From contig JBOZIK010000001.1 in the NCBI GenBank assembly GCA_051453625.1, forward strand, positions 41,405,467 through 41,444,816: a stretch of DNA of 39,350 nucleotides, written 5' to 3'. How positions within the stretch are numbered: position 1 is the stretch's first letter; every line of letters starts with the position of its first letter. The DNA comes from Welwitschia mirabilis (lineage: Eukaryota). Under the pieces are notes generated by a model. The model was given only the letters and a program-made list of their open reading frames with translations, was not told the origin of the DNA and did no database searches. The translations under genes and the position numbers were made by a program. Shown in pieces: positions 24,716 through 35,761 of the stretch.

Positions 24716-26949
24716 NNNNNNNNNNATAGAAATCTTTCAACCAATAAAAATCTTTTACCAAAGTTACCATTAATCTTTTCTTTAACTTTCAAAATTTTTA
24801 CTTTAATGTGGTCTCATAGAGTGTTTCCATTATCCCTCTTTCCATCCAATTGATTTTACTTGAAAATAATTGTACATGTTTTATGTTTTATCAATTGGTA
24901 AATTTTTGGTTTGGAATTTATTTCTCTAAAAGAATGCAATATCTTGAGACCAAAATAGATTCTTAAATTTTTCTTCGTTCTCTTCAATAAAAGTGTGATT
25001 AGACTTTTAGGATTTAAGTAAAATTTGCTTGCTTTGATATTTATTTTTTGGCTTTCATGGTTCTTTTAATTATGCATTTTCAGCTTTCTATTTTGATAGT
25101 CTCTATTTTTATCTTTCTGATTTTAGTTTTTGTTTCTATTTGTAGTTTGTATTTTTGTTTTTATAATAATAATCTATCATCTTCTCTATTGTTCTCATGA
25201 CAAACAAGGCAATAGTCATCTTTTTATTATCTATTTAAGTTTTCTATGTTCTATTTCTATTATATCTATATGTCGTCCTCTTTCTCATCTAGACAACTAG
25301 TAGGATGATAGTTGTTAATAAATCATTTTTATTTTCTATTATTTTAAATAAAATACATTTTTATATCTCTATTGAGATTTTTGACTTAACTACTTAAGAT
25401 TTCAGGAAGTAAACGGGTGAATTTTAAAATTATTTGAACACACCATTTGAATTTTCTCTTATCTTTTTGGTTTAGAGATTATTATGGTATTACTTGATCA
25501 TTTTCAAACCTGACTTATGTATTTGTCTCCATGATTAATATTTTGACTTTGGCATTTTAGTGGTAATATTGGATTCCCCTAATCTTAGGCCATCACACAT
25601 TAATGAACTTCATTTTGAAGGAAAATTCTTTATTTTTCACTAGTAGAAAGGTCTTAGATTATTTAAAAAGTGTTCTTTTCTATCTTTATTTTACAACTTT
25701 CACCTTTATATTTTGGGATGTTTAGTTATGTGGAATGTGTTTTATGCAAAAAAAAAAAAAAATCAAAGAATGAAATAAGACCATGATGTTTTTCATTTAT
25801 AATATTTCGAAAACATGGTTGCTATGATATCTTACCATAAGTACAAAAGGCAAATATTTATGAGAGGAGCCTTTAGCAGTTTAATATAGTAGCTATGTGA
25901 ACTCCACTAGGAGGTCAGTTAGCCATGCTTCACAGGTCCTTACTTCTCTAGTGATAGCTACACTCCCATCATCATGGACAATAAATTTGTAATAAAAACC
26001 TTGAGCCTATGGGAGTAGTGATATTCCTAGTATCATCAGAGCATTACTTATTTCCTAGACTCTTATTCCTTCCACATGCTCATTTCATTTCATGATATTT
26101 GGGTGTTAGTTTTGAGATAAGGGTAGGAGAGTTCAATTTTGAGCAATTCTTTGGTTTGATCATTCTTTTTATCTTCAACGTTATCATAATCACTATCTTA
26201 TCAAATGAAATTTTTTTATACTTCAAGTCATGCATTTTCATATTAAGTGATGTTATCATTTCTTTCATAGAGTATGCTAGATTAAAATCTTAGATAGATG
26301 GACTATCTTTTGATTCTATTATGCCCATTTTGTTTGTCTTCATTTGTGGTCTAATTAGTTATTTTAAAGTAATTACATATTTTCTTATCATGTTTTTCTT
26401 ATTCAGTTTTTAATAGAAGTAGATTTCTTGCTTAGTTAAGTTTTCTTAATAAATTTTATGATGTTTGTTTTTAGATTTTTTGTGTTATAAGAACTGTTCT
26501 TAATCATTTTTGTAATGAAACATTTTTATTATCCACTTTTTTTTTTTTTTACTCGTTAGAATATTTCATAGATCTATATTTTTCAAATCTAACATTACTT
26601 AGCTTTGCACTTTATTTAGAAAGTTATTCTTTTTTATCTGCCTTCTCACTCCTATTTATTTTCTTTGCTCTACTTTCCAATACAAGATGTATTACTTTTC
26701 TTTGAGGAAGATAAGCACACATTTTCATGGCTTATTTTCAAAATTTTTAACTTAATTTAGATCTTTCATGAGATAAAATTTTCAAATTTTTATACACATT
26801 ATACATTACTTGTTATTTATCTATGTGATGTATTTTATTAGCCTATTTTATAATTTCCAAATTTATCTTTTGAAAAAAACAAATTGGCTCGCAATTATGG
26901 TTTTTCGCTTGGTTTTGTTAAGGAGTGACAAAGGCTAAGTAGAGGGCTA

Positions 26950-28023
26950 TGTTGCACTGCTAATTTATAGTTATTTTATGGGGTTTTATAAGCTATTTTG
27001 TAGTACTTTTATATAGATTTAGATGCAATTTTGAGGATTTTGGTGAAATGATAGAAGATCTTAGAAACATGCAATTATTACTGAGATTTGATGCATCTAA
27101 GGCACATTCTAATGCAAAGAATTTTGGAGGAAGATTCCTAATAAAAATGCTAAGTTTCTCCTTAACAAAATGATTAAAGAAGATCATCGTTCCCTTTATT
27201 GTCCCCGTGATAAGCACAACCATGATACCACTACTTGCTAACATGGATTGTTGAATCACTACTAAGTCATAATTCTGAGTCATCTTTTATAATGAATTGT
27301 TGCCCCTTTCATTGTCTAGATGACATCCGGGACAATACTGACATGTAGCCAACTTTAATAGCCAACTCTTAATCATTCTGTCTATTTTTTATCTATAATA
27401 AGTGCATCTGATCATGTCTTGTGTCCATCGTTTTCGACTGTGAGTTGTTATAGATAAGTTTCCCTTTTCCTCTCCTTCTCATCCTTATTACACTAGAAAA
27501 TCATATGATATGAGATCGAATGGTGAGAGATTCATCTTAAGTATTGCAAAAGGACATTCTATTGATGGAGGGTTGTGTATCCTTTATTGAGGCTCAGCTA
27601 TTTTGTAACTCATATGTTGTTACTCTTCTTAATACAAAACTTATTTTTTTATTTATTACATATTATATTATCTGATGAACCTTATGGTTTGTGATTGCCC
27701 TTGATCTAGTAACAATTTCTTAGGTGATATAGATCATTAATGGAAATCTTTGTTAAGGCTAAAAGGAAGTAGCTTAGGATCATTTGCATTTGCATTTAGA
27801 TTAAATGCATTGCATATTTACTTTCCTACATTGTTTTTTATTTACAGTTTCTATTTACCTTTGAAAAGCAATGCAAGTCTCATCTGATAGTCTTCAACAA
27901 GAATACGATAATTAGCTTAACTTTTAATGATATTAGTGTGATGTATTATGTAAGATATCTATTTTAATTATAAGTAATAGGATAATTTTAAGTATAATAC
28001 TTACAAAAATACACACTACAATG
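26950..28023 (+). repeat. 3' LTR of nested Athila-type element
   Basis: Starts TGTTGCACTG right after the purine-rich AAGTAGAGGG (PPT). Ends CACTACAATG, a decayed inverted terminus. Confidence 0.85.
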
Positions 28024-28646
28024 AGGACAATCATTTTAGTCCCTCTGATGTCTTCTCCACTAGATTAATGTTCAAATTGCGAATTTTCAGCAAATTTTAC
28101 AAAATGAGGAATGATTTTTTCTCCCTTGTTACTTCAATTTTTTCTCCTATTTTATAGCCTTTTAATGTACAGTTTTCATGTATATCATTTAGTTTTTCAT
28201 GCTCTTCAATTTGGGAATTATAGATCTGATTTTCACTATGTATTTTATAAGATATCTTGAATTATGTACTTTATGAGGTAGAATTGGGCTTTTTACTTTA
28301 AAACTCATTTTCTCAAAAAATATAAGTTAAAATGTAGTGTTCCTTTAGGGAAAATTAATAAGTACGATGTGCTCTATGATTCTACTAACTATATTTTTTA
28401 TTGGAGCACTTTTATTTTTAACCTTATGTGGGGCTCACTAGTTTTGCGCATTCCAACTTTTTCTTGTGTTTTGAATTTTTCTTTACATGATTATGTAATA
28501 CAGGACATATTGATATTCTTAAGAGATGAAAGAATATATTTATATGATTTTTACACAATAAAAAGAAAATTATGGGGCCATCTTGAGATTCCAAGTGATA
28601 CATTTTAGTTATCTCCATTTGACCTCATGTGATGTGTTTCGTGTTT

Positions 28647-29865
28647 ATGCCTGACTAGGCCACACACACATAAAGTGGAATTGGGCAAAGGCCAAGGTAG
28701 TAAAGTAGGAGACAGGTCCATTGGCACCACTGGAGGTTAATCGAGTAGAGGCAGTAGATCCTCCACCACACCAAGCTAAGTCTTTCTTAATTCAAATAGC
28801 CACCATCTGTGTGAAGAGACATTTTGGGGAATTCATAAGATACTTAGAGATAGGGATGAATCAAAGACTGATAGATCTATAGCTCTCATGGATTATATAT
28901 GCATAAGGAGCATGTTACATTTTAGAGACCAGAGAGTTTTATAATATTATACATGTAGAGTAACGTTTGATGTTCATGGCTAACTGGTTAATATAATCCT
29001 AGCTGCCATTCACACCCATGAAATAAAAATTATTTCAAATTAAATTATTATTGTTACTGATTTAGATAATATCAAGAGGATTCATACCCATTCGGCTAAT
29101 AGTACAGAGAAGCAATGTGCTTATATCATAGCATTAGACATTCCAGCTAACCTGATCACTAATACGCAAGGAGTTTTGATTACACAGTTATCGCCTACCT
29201 ATTGGATTTCAATAGAGAACTACTTCATAACATCATCCTATGCATCCATGATACTCATGCTATAATAGCACACCTTTAGATATTAGTAGTATTCAGGTAG
29301 AGGAAGTAGATGGATCTATCAACCTTCATTTGAAGAAGACATAGGAGTATGATTATGGCACAATAGCTACAAACTCTTGAATATTCTTTCCTCCTCTTAG
29401 CCATGTTCAAATGCTTTGGTATACTTGAGCCTATGGATGAGCAGAGATTTATACATATTCAAACTTCAACTCGTTACCTACTGTATATGGGCATTCAAAT
29501 ACCAACAGAGGCAGAGAGGCCTTAGGTGTAAAGACCTATGGTCAGCATCATCTTTGATTAGATTTAGGCTCTCCTATTAGAGATCATAGAGGGCATCAGA
29601 GAGATAGTACATCAATGCATCACTACTCTTAAATAGTCAATCTCTATGATTAAGAGGAGAGTACAGCATACCCAAGAGCAGTTGGTTGATGTGCATTAGT
29701 GCATCTTACATATTGAGCATGAGGTGATAATTCACCTCCTAGAGGCAATTAAAGTACAAGGAGATGACATAGCACATTCCATTACAACATCACTAGACCA
29801 TCATTTCTCTGTAGACCCTAAGCATCCTCCTTCTTCTTCACCTACACCTAAGCCTGTTGCATAGC
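28647..29865 (+). pseudogene. Athila env-like ORF remnant of the backbone element
   Basis: Locally more GC-rich, coding-like stretch with a CYILETREFYN motif (~28914-28945) and a Pro/Ser-rich tail, located between pol and the 3' LTR. Heavily degenerate; boundaries approximate. Confidence 0.5.
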
Positions 29866-30432
29866 AATATTTCATCATAACACAACAAGGGAAGTAATTT
29901 GCTATGATTGTATTATGTATTTTCCCTACGTGAATTGTATAAAAACTGATGATTTATATACACATATGATTTTCTATGTATCATCATGGTATACATCTTT
30001 ATTATAGTATTTTATGCATATCTCTTACATATCATTTTTTGACACTTTATGATGAGAATTTTTTTTGTTATACATAATTATTTTTCAGTATCTATTATAC
30101 ACCTGATGGAGGGCTATTAATATTAATGCATTTTATTATTTGTCTTTTGGAAATATTTTTCATATGCTTATATTTTTAAGACTAATTTTTAAGCCTGTCA
30201 TCCCCTCCATCATCGAGACGACCACTAGGATGATAGTCCGGCCACTTACATTACATATGTGAAACATTTAGTTATCTATTTTTGACATTTTTATTTTACA
30301 TTCTAAGATTTTTGAGATTATTTTTGAGTATACTTCATAGTTTCCTAGTTAATTTATTATTGGTCAATTAGCTCACAATTATGGTTGTTCACTTGGTTTT
30401 GTTAAGGATTAATAAGGTTAAGTAAAGAACTT

Positions 30433-31697
30433 TTTTTCACTGCCAAATTATATGTATTTGATAGGGTGTTTTGAGTAGTTTTGTAGGCCATTAAATAAGT
30501 TTATGCTAAGTTTCAATGAGAATGGAGAGCTAAGGAACATATCATGAAAACGTACAATCGTCATTACATTTGATAGCATTTAAATAAATCATAATACTTC
30601 TAATCTAAAGAAATAATCTTGTAATTAAAGAGGCTAATCTGATGCAAGAAACATCCTTATAAAGCCCATTATCCACCTCATCATTCGAACGACTATACAA
30701 ATGACAAAAGTATTTTTGCTGATAAGAACACTTACTAGACTAGTCTAGCAGCTAATGTGAAACCTATATGATGTGGTGCCATCTCCTATGATGTCCAGAT
30801 AACCAATAAGATGACACCTAAAAATAATGCTTTGTTAAACTTCACCAAACTCTCGTCATATATCTTCTACCTTCTTGTATAGCTATTACAGTTTTTACCA
30901 CATCTATTAGTATTTGTTGTTTTTAGACTTTGTTTTATAATAGATATCTTATTTACTCTTAACTTTGATTTTATCTTCTTTAACATTAAAAATTCTCATG
31001 ACATGAGATTAAAGGGTAATAGGTCCATTCCTAATTACTGTAGAAAAGCATTTTTTTTCTTATGTTGGTTGTATATACTTCATTGAGATACTGCTACTTT
31101 GTAACATAGACGTTAGTTTAACACAATCAGAACTCTATTTTTCTTTTTATATCTTTTGTTATGTGCATCTCCCTTATGGTTTATGTTACTTTTGATTTTG
31201 TGACAACTTCATTTGTGATATAGATCGCAAAGGTAATCTTTGTTAAGATTTGCATTATTAGTTTAGATGCATTGCATTTTATTTTTTAGATTAACTTTGC
31301 ATGATTTTATATCTTGTTTGACACACCTAATAGCTTAAATTGTTTTTACTTTGGTGATCACTTTCCTTGATTGATCTAGATTACACATGACTAATTTCTA
31401 AAATAGGTTAATTTGGTAATTGGATAGATGTTTTATTTAAAAATAAAAGTTGCATCTCATTTGCATAGTGTATTTATTTGCATTATTATTTTGCATTGTT
31501 ATTATTCTACTAAGAGATTACATAAGTATTTCATTTTGAAATTAATTCACTTTCTTCTCACTTGTGCCTTCAATAGAATTATAACATTTGGGTCACTCCC
31601 ATCTATATAAGTATATCATGTTGTGTAATATATATATTTTAGTAATTTTCAAGATTTGTTTGAGGACATAACATTTATATAAATATGTACTACAATA
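30433..31697 (+). repeat. 3' LTR of backbone Athila-type element
   Basis: The pre-LTR sequence (GCTCACAATTATGGTTGTTCACTTGGTTTTGTTAAGGA...AAGGTTAAGTA) matches 26887-26941. More diverged but colinear with the inner LTRs. Ends TACTACAATA, with no PBS after it. Confidence 0.75.
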
Positions 31698-31721
31698 GTT
31701 ACATTCATTTCAATTTTGATT

Positions 31722-32085
31722 TACTATAAGAAATATAGGATTTTAAGGCATTTCTAAAATGCCTTAAAAATGCTTTAGTTCTTTTAAGGTGTTTCTTCAA
31801 AACACGCTTTAAAAAACATCTCCTTAAAATCCTACATGCTTTTAAGCCATTTCTAATGCTTTTAAGCCATTTCTAATGCTTTTAAGGCATTTCTAAGATG
31901 TTTTTATTAAAACACATTAAAAGACCTTTTAAGGTGTTTTTATGAGAAACGCCTCAAACATCTTTTAAGGTATTTCTTGCAATCAAAAGGCTTTTGAGGC
32001 ATTTCTCACAAAAAATGCCTCAAACACCTTTTAAGGTGCCTCGTAAGGCTTTTGAGGTAGTTTATTATATAAAAACCTTAAATCC
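31722..32085. repeat. CACTA TIR and subterminal repeats, including a 20-bp x3 tandem at 31836-31896
   Basis: TTTTAAGGCATTT-type repeats; ATGCTTTTAAGSCATTTCTA three times. Confidence 0.85.
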
Positions 32086-32860
32086 TTTCCCATGGATGAA
32101 AAAGAAAAAATCAAAGCTATGATTTACAATAATAGAATCTATAGACTAGTAACAGAACCTACACTACAATGTATACATTACATTTCTCAAAAATCAAATC
32201 TGTGATTTACAATAATAAAATCTATAGACTAATAATTTTGTTTAAAACATTTTCATAGCACACATTCTTTCATAACCAACAACAAATTCATAAACTTGAA
32301 AACTAAGATTGTGAAAAAAGTAAAGGAGCAGGTAACGCCTTAATCATGGAATGTGGAATTAAGAAGACATCTTGATGTACATTCTTAGAAGTATCACTAA
32401 CAAAAACTGTAAAAAGAAAATGTACTCATAATCAAATTCATAGACATATCTAACAACATCTATGTGGAGAAAATCTACATCACATAGGAATTTGAAACCA
32501 AAATATGAAGTATAAGTAGCACATTATGGAGTTGTATCACACAAATTTTACAATAAATGATACCATAGCATAATTGAATTTGAGCTACCATACACAATTT
32601 GCATATAATCATGTGATGATCAATTTATATCATCAATGGCATAGTATTTCCTACTTCAATACCTCAAACCATCTTTAATAAATTTTAATCAATGGATGCA
32701 TTTATGAATTAAATTTATGCATCTATGGAAAAAAAACTCAATTTTCACATTAGCCAATGACCCAAGACACAAGTCTTGCATAGTTTCAATATTTTAGAAA
32801 TTCTTAACAAAGAGTACACTTTCACATAAAATATTGAATGACTACAGTATATTTTCGTAG

Positions 32861-35145
32861 CTAAGATGTAATGCCACTAACCTCCACATCAGCAAGAGTC
32901 ATTACAAAACTTATCTTGTAAAACAACTCAGTGCTAGAAATTGTAATAACTTCTAATTTAACTTTATAAGCATGGTTGCCAAGTAGTGCATGATGAATCA
33001 ATAATGTAGGATTATCTGAAAGTATTCTTGCAATAGATATAGTATTGCATGGATCATCCTTTAGAATGCATTGTTTATTCAATGATGATGATGGTACTTT
33101 TGGTGATCCATTCATATGCTACATATGATTAACAAATATAATGACAAACGCGAAAATTTAATGCTATCTGAGTTATTAAACATAAAATGATATTTAGATA
33201 CCTCCTTAGCATATTGTAAAGGCCATGCAATAACCTCTCCTTTTACCTCCTTTAATGTGGCCATATCCTTTGCTTATACTATTAATGATGTTCTAGGATT
33301 TTTTACTACTTTCATAAAAACTACAAGAAATCCTTCTTTTAAAATTTCATTATTAAGCATAAATTTGGAATCCCTCCCTATAATTACTCCTTTTGCTATG
33401 ACTTTATTGTACATATTTAGGAACTGACAAGGTGATACAGTGTCATCCTAGAAAAAGAAGAAATACTTTAGTGATGTAATAAATAACTTAAACCATTACT
33501 TAAATAAGGTAATATATGTTCAAATCTTTCGACTATCAATTTGCTTTGAACCAATTGATCTATTTAGAATTAAAATCATATTTATTTCCACATTTCCAAC
33601 TTTACTTTCAGACGATTCACCTTCATTGGACTAGAAAAACATGAAATTTATAAATGAATTTATTTATTTTTAATTCACTAAAGTACGTGGAGAAGAATAT
33701 GTATTTATCTATTATGTACCTTCATTGAGACATTGTTTTGTATCATGGGAGAATTCACATTGTCAAATTGGAGTGTGTCTAAGATAATTCCATTCTATAA
33801 TTTAAAAACCATGTTAACTCATGATAAAAACTATATTGGCATTACAAAAAAATAAGTTGCATTATTACCATAGGGCTCGCTTGTTGTAACATATTCATAA
33901 TTTTAGAAATTTTTTCTTCCATTACTTGATTATTTCTTTTAAGTTTCTCGTTCTCCTTTTTACGTTTATTTAAATTATGAACAAATTGAGATGAGCTCAT
34001 AGAAGTGTTTTCTTTGGAAAGAAACTTTTCATTATTACAGGGTCACCGACAACATGAACTCTACCAAGATACTTAGGACCTAACACATGTGCAATGTAAT
34101 CATCTTTAGTAGTTGACATGCTATTTGAGTCCTCTTCAGTTACTTTATTTACTTTCTCTTATATTAAATGACACAAGATTTATTTAAACAATATAAGTTT
34201 AGAGTATTATAAATTAAGTAATTAATAATTACAATAATTTTAATATCTTCTGGTGTAGTTGTTGATCCATCTGGCCTAATGTATGCCTTTTTCCATACAT
34301 CCACATGATCTTGTATTGTTGATAAATCACCTATCTCAAGTTTTTGTAATAATAAATATTTTTAACATTAGAAACAACACATTGACAAAACATTTGTTCT
34401 TATTAATTCAACACTTTATACCATATCATCTTCTATTTGTTTTATAGGTTTTCATCCATTGATATGATGTAAAACTTGTTGCCTCTCATATCTTTTATTT
34501 CTTTGTCTTAATTCCTATTAACATATAGCAAAATTTTACTTTAAAAAGAACTTTGCAATTCTTTTAGAATGCATTCTATATTAAGACTCTTAAAATGTAT
34601 CTTACATACCTACCATTCATTTGAACTGAAGTATGTCACCATATCTTACCATTGTTGTGGTTGAAACCCCTCAGAAACATGTGAAAGTCTATCTGCATTA
34701 TTATTATAATCATTATAGAAATCCCTTACCACTTCATTTTTTCATTCACACCATTACCTACCCATCTTTTTGAATACGAAGTTCTTATTCTCTCTAGACA
34801 CTTTAAATTTTTGCTATATAATTAACATGTATCAAAATGGAATGTAATAATCACAAGTTATGTTTTTAGAATAATTATTAAATAATAACATACCTTAACT
34901 ATCTCCCATAAACTAATTTTAAAATTCTCATGTGATGCCCTCCACTTTTTATAATTTTTTGGTGTAATTCTATTATCCATTACTATTTTCCCTAAGTAGG
35001 ATGGTAATTTTTCTCTATTTGGACCAACCACTTGGCCTTTTTCACTTCATCTTAGTTGTATCTTCTTATTAAGCTAAATTTTAGCTAGATCAAGCATTTT
35101 GATTTCTCTTTTTTTATGTAATTTGATCTATCACCACCTTCTCCT
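32861..35145 (-). pseudogene. CACTA TnpA/ORF2-like multi-exon gene remnant
   Basis: Exon translations GQVVGPNREKLPSYLGKIV, DVWKKAYIRPDGS, DDYIAHVLGPKYLGRVHVVG (Ptta/En/Spm-type motif) and TLKEVKGEVIAWP, separated by short AT-rich GT-AG-type introns. Confidence 0.75.
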
Positions 35146-35761
35146 ACACATTATAAAATATCCAATTAATAAAAACCAAAAAAGTAATGGAAAGCCTACT
35201 CTTAAACATCTATCCATTATTACCTAGAATAGTATCAAATATTCTTTGCTCTTGTCATGTAGAATCATTAACATTCTTAAAACTTTAAGAGAAAGAACTA
35301 TTTATGAGTCAATGACATTCCAAAACAAAACTTAGTTTTAATACATGTACATGTAAAATATAGTAATAAAACAATATGCTTATTGGTAAATCATGTAATG
35401 TTAAAAGTTTCCATGTTNNNNNNNNNNCCTCTCTCTTTTGTACTTATAAGAAGACTCTTATCCCTCGACATATGCAATGCAGATGTTTGTACTTAGAAGA
35501 TACCTAAAAAAAAAATAAATCTATATCAAGAAGGTTATATTAATTACTACAATTAAATCAACTAAGAGTAGCATGTACTAATTATTCAAAACATATAAAG
35601 AACGTGATGATGGTTTTCAAAATTATCCAATATAATATGATTTGCTAACTTATATTTTCAATTACAACCTATATTTTCATAATTCAATTCTACAAAGTGA
35701 TGTAAAAATAAATACTATGATGTATTAAAAAATGATTTAGCAACTTGCCCANNNNNNNNNN

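Larger units (their letters stand above)
21893..28023 (+). mobile_element. Non-autonomous Athila-type LTR element (gag remnant and protease, no RT/RH/INT), nested in its relative
   Basis: Two homologous ~1.08 kb LTRs. Candidate TSD AGTAC (21888-21892) / AGGAC (28024-28028). Degenerate Asp PBS. Internal sequence homologous to 1-691/10087-10800 and to ~20490-21250. Confidence 0.8.
1..31697 (+). mobile_element. Athila-type Ty3/gypsy LTR retrotransposon (decayed backbone element, interrupted by three insertions; 5' LTR outside window)
   Basis: Gag-AP-RT-RH-INT order is restored when the inserts are removed, and reading frames rejoin across both pol insertions. Integrase ends in KVNG*RLKIY (~20234-20263). 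A long 3' region with an env-like remnant is followed by an LTR homologous to those at 21893 and 26950. Confidence 0.85.

Noticed and set aside
964-31610. Short ORFs within LTRs and non-coding TE regions (e.g. 964-1209, 22407-22673, 26993-27283, 31428-31610)
   Set aside because: No recognisable motifs, and they are not evidently preserved as ORFs in the sister LTR copies; expected by chance.
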